Source: a virus
Length of the DNA: 64,000 bases
IMG/VR virus record: IMGVR_UViG_3300046007_012472
Location: 12,437-76,436 of that record
Direction: 5' to 3' (one strand)
Part shown: positions 50,074-62,548 of the stretch, piece after piece
Layout: the number at the start of each line of letters is the position of its first letter
How positions within the stretch are numbered: the first letter of the stretch is position 1
The notes under the pieces: model-generated
What the model was told of the DNA's origin: nothing
Seen by the model: only the letters and a program-made list of their open reading frames with translations
Database searches by the model: none
Position numbers and translations under genes: made by a program

Positions 50074-50448
50074 TTATTCAAGAATCTGAAGGATTTCCTT
50101 CTTTCTTTGTTCCGTAAAAACGCCTATTGCAACCATATAATCCATTCCCATGACAGTAACGGGGTCATTTGATATCACTTCTTGGGCAGATTGGCACAAC
50201 ATCAAGAAGTCAGCCACATTTGGATCGGTCTTTGCTCGTTCACGAATATCGGCTCTTTCTTGTTGTGTGAGACGGAGGAGGAATTGATATGCTGTCCATG
50301 TTGGAGGTTTATATTCATGTCCAACATAAATCCATCCCAATTGACAAGAAAGACCATTAGGAAGTTTTGCATAATTTTCTTCACTTCCATTCAAATTGTT
50401 TTTTATTTCTATAACTTGATTAGTAGAATTCAGTATTGCCCATCTCAT
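50074..50448 (-). CDS. fibre-associated small protein (paralog of 46874-47347)
   Basis: WTAYQFLLRLTQQERA...AQEVISNDPVT..GMDYMV. Confidence 0.7.
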   Translation of the reverse strand: MRWAILNSTNQVIEIKNNLNGSEENYAKLPNGLSCQLGWIYVGHEYKPPTWTAYQFLLRLTQQERADIRERAKTDPNVADFLMLCQSAQEVISNDPVTVMGMDYMVAIGVFTEQRKKEILQILE

Positions 50449-53126
50449 GGTGTATACTTCCTGTTAAGACCAATGTAATCCATATAATATCCAACTGATA
50501 GTGTACTGCCTGTTGCGGTCCTTCTAACACCTTCTGCTATAAAAAATGCTTCACTTCCTCTAGGAATCTCTTCTGTTATTGTTCCTACAAGAGAATCATT
50601 GATGTAAAAATTAGCTGAAGATGCACCTTGAACTACAATTTTAAAATCATACCATATTAAATTTGTCCAAGACACTCCAGAATCAATATATGTAAATCCA
50701 CCACCTAATCTTCGAGTTTCACATAAAAAATTCTCAGAAATTGTATGATCGTGTATAAAATATACACCATCTGTCGCAGTCCCAGATATTGAATCTATAA
50801 ATCCACTAAAAAACACAAATGGATTAGTGGCAGAAGGTAGTACCAATCTAGACGCTGTGTATAGTGAGCCATAATAAGTGTTTGTGTATTTATTATCTGT
50901 AGGAAAATTCAGAACATTTCCAGAAAGTTGAAATGCATGCCTTGTTGTTGCTGCTGTCGTTCCACTTTCTACATTTACAATTCCAAATCTTAAAGGAGCA
51001 TTTGCTTGTGTGTTTTGATTTGTGTTCCATGTTCCCACAGAAGTTGAAACAAATGGAAGATCGATGCTTGGACTTGCAAAATCATATAATTCAAATCTAT
51101 CGTAAATACTAAATTCTGATCTACTAGGCCCAGTGGGTCCTTGAATTCCTGGATCTCCAGTGGCTCCAGTGGGTCCAGTTGCACCTGTTGCTCCGATTCC
51201 GCCAGCAATGAAATCATTCACCCAATCAGTTCCGTCATAAAACAGAGCCTGTCCAGTCTGTGGTTCATTTATGTTTGTATCATTAATATCTTCCAGATTT
51301 ACTTGAGACAAAGTTCCAGACAGGTTTAGTGTCAATGTTTTCCCGCTGGTTGTGACCTTTATTCCGTTTGTTCCCACGACATCAATAATTCCAGTCAAGC
51401 CTCGAATTGACTGTACATAATTCGTGGGGATTTCTCCAGCAGGACCGGTGGGTCCCGTTGCACCCGTGTTTCCTTGAATTCCCGGATTTCCGGTATTCCC
51501 CGTATTTCCCGGTCCACCGATCAACGGTGTCACTGTAAATTTCAAGAATTCAACAGTTATTGTCAGATTGGTTTCATTTTTGTTCTGGACTATGAAAAAC
51601 ACTCTATCGTTTGTTTTTAGATCCAATACTGTTTGTATTGCGCCTGCCACATATGGATTTGATGCACTGCCGGAATTAACATATATTTCAGATTCTGATA
51701 TTCTATCACCATTTGCACTTAATCCAGAGTTAATATCTTTATTGTGTCCAATATAAAATCCACATGTTTTATTCGGTGCTTGTGATAAGAAACTGAATGT
51801 GGCAAGAACATGAAATCTTCCACCGACTCCTGTGTATTTCAGAGAGTTGGTTTCAGTGTCCTTGACAAAATTATAGAGAATGCCTGTTGTCATTCCGCCT
51901 TCAACAACGGCTCTTGTTCCTGCTACATTAACTACAGTTCCGGTGGCGTTGTTCTTCAAATACATCACACCGACATCACCGCTGCTTCCTGCGATCCCCC
52001 CACCTCCGCCCGTAGCGGTTGCAGTTATTGACATCTGCTTTGGTGTATTCAGGTCAATATTAAAACCATCTTTGAAGTTTATGGTTTCAATTTGATTGGA
52101 TATCAACACTCCATTATCATAAACCCGGAGAGCACCCCCACCGCCTTCTCCTCCATATCCCTTACCCACAGGAACGGTACGATCAATCGAATCTTGATAT
52201 TTTTTTGAAAGTTTTAAAGTCTTGTCTTTCAGCTCCAGAGGAAATTCGACCTTATCAATTTTTGTATCACCTTGCTCTCCTTTGTCTCCTTTTTCGCCTT
52301 TTGGTCCTACAGGACCTTGTGGACCGGGTTTTCCATCCTTGCTATCCTTGCCATTTTTTCCATCTTTGCCCTTCGGTCCTCTAGGTCCAATTTTGCCATT
52401 CTTTCCTGTAGGTCCTCTTTCTCCCTTTTCGCCCCGTTTTCCATCTTTACCATCTGCTCCGTCTTTTCCATTATTTCCGTCTTTTCCTGGTTTTCCATCA
52501 TCACCTTTATCTCCTTTTTCACCTTTTGGTCCTATTTCACCACGATCACCTTTATCTCCCTCGTCGCCCTTGTCTCCTTTATCGCCCTTTTCCCCCGAAT
52601 CGCCTTTATCTCCCTTTTCTCCAACATCACCCTTATCGCCTTTTTCTCCCTGATCGCCTTTATCGCCTTTGTCGCCCTTTTCTCCAATGGCACCCCCATC
52701 TCCACGGTCTCCCTTATCTCCCTTGAGACCGGGTGTACCGCGTTCACCTTGCATTCCAACGGGTCCCGGCTCAGGCATCTGGAATATAAATTCTTTTATT
52801 ACTTCTTTTTGGGGTTCTAGCTGCTTTTCTTCAGCAATAACCTGTTTTTCTCTTGGAATGTCAGAAAACATCTCTCTCATTTTTCTGAGAGATCCAAAAA
52901 GAGTAAATTTATTGCCAGATGAGTCCAATAAATTTACTTCATGAATACCAGATTCTATTTTTATTTTATTTGAACACTGTTCTGATATTATAGTATAAGT
53001 TTCATTTTCTTCTAGTTTATCATAAGATTGATTACATCTAACAATCTCACCTACTTTATTTTCTAAAATAAAGTTCGAAAGTTGTTTCTTTTCGGGAAAA
53101 TTAAAATCTTTAAATTTTGAAATCAT
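50445..53126 (-). CDS. collagen-like fibre protein (charged GEK/GDK tract plus GxT tracts, beta-rich C-terminus)
   Basis: Long (GEKGDK)n tract at ~52270-52770; later GNT/GPT repeats. Confidence 0.85.
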   Translation of the reverse strand: MISKFKDFNFPEKKQLSNFILENKVGEIVRCNQSYDKLEENETYTIISEQCSNKIKIESGIHEVNLLDSSGNKFTLFGSLRKMREMFSDIPREKQVIAEEKQLEPQKEVIKEFIFQMPEPGPVGMQGERGTPGLKGDKGDRGDGGAIGEKGDKGDKGDQGEKGDKGDVGEKGDKGDSGEKGDKGDKGDEGDKGDRGEIGPKGEKGDKGDDGKPGKDGNNGKDGADGKDGKRGEKGERGPTGKNGKIGPRGPKGKDGKNGKDSKDGKPGPQGPVGPKGEKGDKGEQGDTKIDKVEFPLELKDKTLKLSKKYQDSIDRTVPVGKGYGGEGGGGALRVYDNGVLISNQIETINFKDGFNIDLNTPKQMSITATATGGGGGIAGSSGDVGVMYLKNNATGTVVNVAGTRAVVEGGMTTGILYNFVKDTETNSLKYTGVGGRFHVLATFSFLSQAPNKTCGFYIGHNKDINSGLSANGDRISESEIYVNSGSASNPYVAGAIQTVLDLKTNDRVFFIVQNKNETNLTITVEFLKFTVTPLIGGPGNTGNTGNPGIQGNTGATGPTGPAGEIPTNYVQSIRGLTGIIDVVGTNGIKVTTSGKTLTLNLSGTLSQVNLEDINDTNINEPQTGQALFYDGTDWVNDFIAGGIGATGATGPTGATGDPGIQGPTGPSRSEFSIYDRFELYDFASPSIDLPFVSTSVGTWNTNQNTQANAPLRFGIVNVESGTTAATTRHAFQLSGNVLNFPTDNKYTNTYYGSLYTASRLVLPSATNPFVFFSGFIDSISGTATDGVYFIHDHTISENFLCETRRLGGGFTYIDSGVSWTNLIWYDFKIVVQGASSANFYINDSLVGTITEEIPRGSEAFFIAEGVRRTATGSTLSVGYYMDYIGLNRKYTP

Positions 53127-53248
53127 TTTCTTAGTATTTTATTTTTTGCTTCAGTTTTTATTTTTAAAGATATTACATTATAACCATTAATGGTTTTATT
53201 TGCAACAGATAAAATATTAAGTAATTTTTCTTTTATTTTAATCTTCAC
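53123..53248 (-). CDS. 41-aa basic peptide
   Basis: GAGG SD, GTG start overlapping upstream stop, ATGA overlap with fibre start; MKIKIKEKLLNILSVANKTINGYNVISLKIKTEAKNKILRK*. Confidence 0.4.
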   Translation of the reverse strand: MKIKIKEKLLNILSVANKTINGYNVISLKIKTEAKNKILRK

Positions 53249-55643
53249 TTTTTAATACCTCTGGTAATATGCCTAGTGAATAGCCCTGTATTTCTCCCCA
53301 TACTGTTATGGTGTTATCTTCATTTATGGCAGAAATTAATCCTTGTCCTTTTTCTACATGTTTAAATGTAAGACCAGCGGCAATATCCTCTGCACCTCCC
53401 GTTGGTGTTCCAAATATTTCATTTCTTGCAGGAGATATTGAATTATGACCCCAACCATAAATGACTCCAGAATTTGATATTGCAAAATGATATCTGGTGT
53501 TTTGATTTTGATCTGATAAATGTTTAATGTTACTTAAAGAGATACCAGATGTGTATCCTTGGCTGGTATAGAAATTACCCGCAAAGAAATTTACATATGT
53601 GGATCCGGGTTGATTTGATTCTGCTGCCCAAGAAGCCCCTGTAATTCCTATGATTGTTCCTCTGTCTGTAAGGACAAAGATTTCACTGAACCCGACAGAT
53701 ACTTTCTTCGCTCCTGTGATTCCTGCTGAATTTAATTTTGGCATCAAAATAGAATCTGAGAAAACAGTGGAGGAATTTATATAACCTCTAGTTTCTCCCC
53801 AGCCAACTATTGTTCCGTCATTTTTAATCACTCCGCTGAAATTTCTACCTGCCCAAACTGAAGCTACATTTGATAAATTTTGTGGAACATCGCATTGACC
53901 AAAAGAATTTCTTCCTATGCATCTTACTTGACCGTCTTTTCCGAGTAATATTGCGTGCTGATTTCCAATTTCTATTTGTTTTGTTAGTGTATATCCATTG
54001 TATGGAATAGAGATGAGATTTTCTTTATTGTTTCCCCACGGATAAATTGTGCCATTATTATCTAAAACTATTGCAGTGTTATCCAACCCAGTTGCTATCT
54101 TTTTTATAGAAGATACATTTGGTATGTGATCCATCTCCAAAACACCGTTTGGATAATCAGATGTATCATAATGAATAGAAATGTTTCCACCAGTTTTACC
54201 AACAACCGTCATGAAAGATGTAATTGCTACAAAGTTTCCGGTTAGTCCTGTACTAGGAATTCCATAAGTTTCACCTTCATTTGTGGTGAAAGCATTTATT
54301 GTATTTTCTGTTCTTGAATTTGTTCCAGTAGAATTTGCATCTTCAATCGTGACATAAAAATCATAACCGGCAAAAATATCTTTAAATTTTCTTGTGCTTA
54401 CTGGAATCGGGTGGCGGTCAGGTGGAATTATTGTCAATGTTCTACCGGAACTCAAAAGCAAATAATAATCATCACCTGCAGACAGTTTAGAATAAGTTGC
54501 TCCTTCTGGAAGTGGATATTCATTGCATATTCCGCTATTTCCTCCACCCCAACAAATAACAGTATTATCTGATTTTCGTGCAAGACTAAAATTAATACCC
54601 GCTGAAATTTCTACTACATCTGTCAAATCTTCAGGAACATTGGATTGTTCATATTCGTCATCTCCCCATGCCACCACTGTTCCATCATATTTTAATCCAA
54701 GTACATGGTTAGCACCCGCTGATAATTTTTCAAATGTAATTCCTATCGGAAAATCTGCTGGTGTGTTTTCATTTTCTGTCCTAGCCCAATTTAATCCCCA
54801 AACCACAACAGTTCCATCTTCTTGTAATGCTACACCATGTTTTTCTGTTAAAACTACATCTTTGATCTTTTTTAAATTTTCACTTCTTGGGATTATCATT
54901 CCTTCTGCACTTATACCTTGCCCGACATATATTCCATCATCCTGTGTTATAAATTTAAGATTTGTGTTTTCTCCTTCAGGCGTCTCTTCATTCAATATCA
55001 CAATAATTCCACTTGGAGTTATTCTGATATGATCCGCTGTTACATCGGGAATGATTCCCGTTCTATATGAATATAAATTATCTGCTACAATATTACCCCA
55101 ATAAATTATTGTATCATCTTCTTAGAATGCATATGCTCTAGAACTGGAGGATACGACAAACGGACGAATTGAAGGTTTAGGTCCTGTAGAACCAGTTGGT
55201 CCTATTATTGGCAAAATAGGTCCTGCAAAAACATTATCATTGCAATCTAATCTTCCGGAAAGTAATTCTACATTTCCGGTGGTAAAGCCTAAAACTAAAT
55301 TAAACAGATATCTTCCGTCTGCGACATAATGTGTTATTTGTTCTGGTATACTAATTAATATACTGCCTGTATTTCCAGAAACACCATATTCATTTGTGTT
55401 GAATTTTATTGCTTCTATTGCAGAAAATAAAGTATATCCATTATTATCATTCGCAATGAAGGTTGCAGTTATTCCCTGCTGAGTACAAATTAGCGTTCCG
55501 ACATTAGAGGAAGGATACCTTTTTACCGTAAAAACACCAGTGGTGTTTGATAAATCCACTGGTGTATTATCTTCATTTAAATAATTAAAATGAAGTTTAT
55601 ATCCTATACCTCTTTTTATTGATATATCGTAGTTATTAGACAT
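53238..55643 (-). CDS. RCC1-repeat beta-propeller virion protein with N-terminal beta-sandwich, interrupted by one in-frame TAA (55122-55124)
   Basis: ORFs 55122-55643 and 53238-55001 share a frame with 40 open codons between; RCC1 repeats SAGxxH..L..DGTV..WG. Confidence 0.7.
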
Positions 55644-55645
55644 TT

Positions 55646-55671
55646 ATATTCCTCTGATAGGAATATTTATC
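55646..55671 (-). promoter_or_regulatory. late promoter overlapping an SD-sequestering hairpin
   Basis: GATAAATA (55671-55664); stem ATATTCCT/AGGAATAT covers most of the GAGGA SD. Confidence 0.65.
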
Positions 55672-56884
55672 TACTTCGAGACAGCTTCTCTTTTGCTCTT
55701 CTCGCTTTTCTGTTTTCTAATTTTTGTTCGATTTTAGCTTCTTGTATTTTGGCTTGATATTGAGCTTGCATCATTTTTATTTGACTCATGGCAGCATCAT
55801 AGTGCTTCATATTGTTATTTACTCTTTCTTTATGCGCATCAGGAACTCTATTTTCAGAAATCAGTTTTTTACATGCGTCATATCCTTCTTGTACATACCC
55901 GGCATAAAATGCGGATGATCCAAGCTCGTCTAATGCAGAGAAAGTATAGATCTCATCTACAACGAATAATATATCTTCTTTCGGATAGGGTATATTAGCT
56001 GCCATTTTAGCAAAAATATATGCCAACCCGTGTTTACCATTCATTCTATAAATTCTTGCTATATGATACAGAGGTTCTGCTCTGTTTGGTCTGGAATTAT
56101 AACATTCAAGAAATGCCTGTTGAATTTCTTCCCACGGGCGATTTAACATTGCTTTTGCAACACCCACTCTTAGCAAGGAGTAAAAAATTTCTTCTGGCCA
56201 GCCACCCATTTGGGCTCGTTTTGTATAAGCTTCAATAGCCTTTTCCCATTGTTGAGAATCAAAATACGATTGACCCAAATAAAATTGATATCTAGTATTA
56301 TTTGGTTCGTTTTTCAATGCTTCTTCAAGGGTAATTGCATCTCTTGAATACTTTTCTATTGGATCGACACCAATATTTCTTCCACCTACTGTTCTTGCGA
56401 CGACATAATATTTACCCTCTATTTTTTGAATATTAGTTGGTTGTTTAGAGCATGTTGCATATTCATGCAAAACACCTTCATATTTCCAACCCATTCCTGA
56501 CTTGTATATTTGAGTTCTCCACCATGAAAATTCTGGTCTGCCCATACGGATTGCATAGCCATCCGCTTCCATATTCGCGGGATATTTAAAATCACCTTCT
56601 ACGAAGTCGTCGGCATCAATCATCCACATATAATCTGCTTTGCCATCAGACAGTGCCAATGCTTCAGATCTATTGTGACCAAAGTTTACCCAGGGTCTTT
56701 CGTGGAGTTCACCCGGGATTCCTTTTTCTGCAAAGAAATTTTTGATCATATCTTGGGTTCCATCTGTAGAACCCGTGTCTACGATAACCCAATAATCTAT
56801 GTGCTTATAGATTGAATTCAAGCATTCAAGAATGATATGTGTTTCATTCTTTACAATCATGGACAAAGCCACTGTTTTTTTCAT
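55667..56884 (-). CDS. GT2 glycosyltransferase with TPR repeats (SunS/SgtA-like)
   Basis: SMIVKNE, VDTGSTDGT, W.NFGHNR, IDADD, GVLHE, RYQFYLGQSY, PNRAEPLY. Confidence 0.88.
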   Translation of the reverse strand: MKKTVALSMIVKNETHIILECLNSIYKHIDYWVIVDTGSTDGTQDMIKNFFAEKGIPGELHERPWVNFGHNRSEALALSDGKADYMWMIDADDFVEGDFKYPANMEADGYAIRMGRPEFSWWRTQIYKSGMGWKYEGVLHEYATCSKQPTNIQKIEGKYYVVARTVGGRNIGVDPIEKYSRDAITLEEALKNEPNNTRYQFYLGQSYFDSQQWEKAIEAYTKRAQMGGWPEEIFYSLLRVGVAKAMLNRPWEEIQQAFLECYNSRPNRAEPLYHIARIYRMNGKHGLAYIFAKMAANIPYPKEDILFVVDEIYTFSALDELGSSAFYAGYVQEGYDACKKLISENRVPDAHKERVNNNMKHYDAAMSQIKMMQAQYQAKIQEAKIEQKLENRKARRAKEKLSRSR

Positions 56885-56899
56885 AATATACTCCAGAAT

Positions 56900-57313
56900 T
56901 TATTGATACTTTTTCTTTCCAACATGGTATTTAGGTATCAATTCCCACTGTCCCTTTTCTTTATGTGGAATTATTTTTAACTGTTTTATGCTTATTACAG
57001 GTTCTGACGCTTTTGATTTGTCTATTATATCCAATAATCCCCACTCTGCCAAGAGTGCAGTTATAACATTTCTTCTACCGATGTCGGTTTCATCAGCATC
57101 ACTTTCCAGCCCATCAAGAGCAAGAAGTTCCTTAAAATGTAATATTGCATATCTACCCCTCTTGTGTAGAATATGACACGATTGATATAGTTTATTTTGA
57201 TTCTTAGACGAGACTCCCATTCTTGTAAGAGTCTCTTTAATTTTTAGGAAGTTTTCTGGGTCGTTTAATTTTACTTCCACACCATAACCTTCAAAAATAT
57301 CTTCATTTTCCAT
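56900..57313 (-). CDS. regA: translational repressor RegA
   Basis: FLKIKETLTRMG, LYQSCHILHKRGRYAILHFKEL, RRN.I..LL.EWGL. Confidence 0.96.
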   Translation of the reverse strand: MENEDIFEGYGVEVKLNDPENFLKIKETLTRMGVSSKNQNKLYQSCHILHKRGRYAILHFKELLALDGLESDADETDIGRRNVITALLAEWGLLDIIDKSKASEPVISIKQLKIIPHKEKGQWELIPKYHVGKKKYQ

Positions 57314-57363
57314 TGTGCGCACCTTTATTCATATAGTACGCATTTATTTATAAATTTTATATG

Positions 57364-57738
57364 TTAGCCACCCCTATTTAGAGCCTCTAAAATGGCCTTT
57401 TTGTCGTTTTTTGTAAGGAGATGCTGTATCTCCAGTGCCTTTTGGGTGGAATATCCGAAATATTCCTTTATGGACTTTACTTCATCAGACATCTCGTTTT
57501 TCAGCCACTTACTGAATCGTTTACGCGATCTGACAGAAAGCCTTAAATAATCAAATTGAAGTTTCTTTGGGATTGTGATATTTGAGTTCATTGTGTTTGC
57601 ATAAAGCAAAGTATCTGGAAAATAAGAAAGGCATCTGTTCACCACAAAGGGAACATATGCCTTCTCAGCCTCTGGATGGTTGTCCATCAAAGGAGTTTTA
57701 TCATGATTTATGCTATTGAGATAATCTTTCAGTTCCAT
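57364..57738 (-). CDS. 62: clamp loader small subunit gp62
   Basis: YLNSIN, Y.PFVVNRCLSYFPDT, RKRFSKW, YFGYS. Confidence 0.92.
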   Translation of the reverse strand: MELKDYLNSINHDKTPLMDNHPEAEKAYVPFVVNRCLSYFPDTLLYANTMNSNITIPKKLQFDYLRLSVRSRKRFSKWLKNEMSDEVKSIKEYFGYSTQKALEIQHLLTKNDKKAILEALNRGG

Positions 57739-58673
57739 TATTTAAACTCACATGACATCATAAGTTCAACCATGCATGCAGCTGTATTGATCTCTTGATC
57801 CGCAACAAACGCTGCCTTGTATTGATACTCAGCAAGAATAAGAATTGCGTTTGGAATGCTCGTTGGAGAAAGGTGCTCGTATAGCCCATCATAAATTGCA
57901 CGGAACAAGTCTGTCTGTGAATTGTCCATATTTCCTGCAACCCACTTCCGAACGGTCAGAAAATCCTTCTCCTTCATTGCCTTGATTACATCATTTATTT
58001 TCTGTGAAGGTGTTGCAAGGATTCCGACATCAATAGTACCAGACACCGAGTATCTTTGGAGTTCATTCAGAATCTTTCGGAAATCAGGAAAATACTTCAG
58101 AATGAGTTCGGCAAGAACTTTCATGTCATATGTGATACCTTCTTCATCTAGAATCATTTCACAACGAGACATGAATTCCTTTGCCATCTTTGGTTTTTCT
58201 TTTGATGGAATACTGAATTCAATGGTTGTGCAACGGGAGTGAATTGGTTCGATGATACGATTCTTGTAATTACAAGTGAGAATAAAACGACAGTTCTTTG
58301 CGAATTCTTCAATAGCACCACGAAGTGCCGGTTGAATGCTGGATGCATTTGAATAATCAAATTCATCGAGAATAACAACCTTTCTCTTATCTGACAGGGA
58401 TACAGTGCTTGCGAAAGTACGAATCTTGGTGCGAAGTGTGTCGATGTTTCCATCTTCAGAACAATTGATCATGATCCAATCACAATCAAGATCATTGCAA
58501 AGTGCTTTTGCAACGCTTGTCTTTCCCGTTCCCGGCTTTCCAGAAAGAAGAAGATTTTGACACTCACCGGATTTCACAATCTCCCGGAAAGTTTTCTTTG
58601 TACTTTCCGGGAGAATACATTCCTCAATTGTCTTGGGACGATATTTTTCTACAAAGAGATTGATTTCACTCAT
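57738..58673 (-). CDS. 44: clamp loader large subunit gp44
   Basis: VEKYRP, GKPGTGKT, ILDEFD, Q.ALR, HSRC, FPDFR. Confidence 0.96.
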   Translation of the reverse strand: MSEINLFVEKYRPKTIEECILPESTKKTFREIVKSGECQNLLLSGKPGTGKTSVAKALCNDLDCDWIMINCSEDGNIDTLRTKIRTFASTVSLSDKRKVVILDEFDYSNASSIQPALRGAIEEFAKNCRFILTCNYKNRIIEPIHSRCTTIEFSIPSKEKPKMAKEFMSRCEMILDEEGITYDMKVLAELILKYFPDFRKILNELQRYSVSGTIDVGILATPSQKINDVIKAMKEKDFLTVRKWVAGNMDNSQTDLFRAIYDGLYEHLSPTSIPNAILILAEYQYKAAFVADQEINTAACMVELMMSCEFK

Positions 58674-58675
58674 AA

Positions 58676-59368
58676 TTAGCTCTTGACTGCGATCCAGTAG
58701 GTAAGATCGATCGAAAGATTCTTGAATTGCACAACAGGACCATGAGACACGGTAACTTCATAATCTCCGGGAAGAAGTCGAAGATGTTCCATATCGAATG
58801 TGACTTCAAATTCAGTGCTTGAATCACCAAGGCTTACTGTGTAATTATTCGAAGTTTCGTCATCTTCATCATGAAGTTTCGCAGAGAGACCGTTTTCATC
58901 ACTGATGAAAGTTATCTGCGGCAGCTGAAGCACAGAAGAAGCCTTCAACATTTGAGTAAAACTGTCTTGATACACAGAGAACACAGAAACGGTCTCAGGC
59001 ATCTTTACAGACTTTGTGGGGACTGTAAGAAGACTAGGCTCAGAGTAAAAATACTTTACTTTTGAGTCTGCTCCTTGAATATCCACATACTTTTCATTGA
59101 ATGTCATAGTTGGATCTGTAAAGAGAGAAACAACACCAAGGAACTTGTTGAGATCCCAAATTCCAAACTGTGTCTCAAAAGTCTCGTCAACAATTGCTTC
59201 TGCCATCATATTCTTTCCGGGTGCGATCGTGGAAATTTTGTTTCCCGGACGGACCAGAAGATTTGAATTGATGGTGGAAAAATTTTTGAGAATAGAAAGA
59301 GTGTTCTTGCTGATTCTCACTGAGTTACTGCTAGAACTGTTACTTCTCGATTTCATCGATGTAGTCAT
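58676..59368 (-). CDS. 45: sliding clamp gp45
   Basis: TLSILKNFSTINSN, FGIWDLNKFL, LLPGDY, YWIA. Confidence 0.93.
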   Translation of the reverse strand: MTTSMKSRSNSSSSNSVRISKNTLSILKNFSTINSNLLVRPGNKISTIAPGKNMMAEAIVDETFETQFGIWDLNKFLGVVSLFTDPTMTFNEKYVDIQGADSKVKYFYSEPSLLTVPTKSVKMPETVSVFSVYQDSFTQMLKASSVLQLPQITFISDENGLSAKLHDEDDETSNNYTVSLGDSSTEFEVTFDMEHLRLLPGDYEVTVSHGPVVQFKNLSIDLTYWIAVKS

Positions 59369-59513
59369 AATATTCATCTCCATTTGTAGTTTTCAACTCT
59401 CTCAGTATATCACGAACATGGTGTCTTTGTCCACGCCTTTTTTTCTTGTTTATGGATTTCTTTGACTTTCTTTTTTCTGGCTCTTCGTTATAGTCATTTG
59501 AAATTTTAGGCAT
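59340..59513 (-). CDS. 57-aa basic/acidic peptide
   Basis: Below cutoff; GGAG SD; MPKISNDYNEEPEKRKSKKSINKKKRRGQRHHVRDILRELKTTNGDEYYDYIDEIEK*. Confidence 0.6.
   Translation of the reverse strand: MPKISNDYNEEPEKRKSKKSINKKKRRGQRHHVRDILRELKTTNGDEYYDYIDEIEK
59404..59433 (-). promoter_or_regulatory. sigma70-type promoter for gp45-44-62-regA
   Basis: TGGACA-N18-TATACT with TG extended -10. Confidence 0.5.
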
Positions 59514-59526
59514 AGATTATCTCCAA

Positions 59527-62537
<3,011 letters not shown>

Positions 62538-62548
62538 CTATATTTATT

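Noticed and set aside
55122-55124. Genome-wide TAA recoding
   Set aside because: Conserved genes (gp32, gp6, nrdJ, gp43) end at TAA at the expected positions; only one internal TAA was seen
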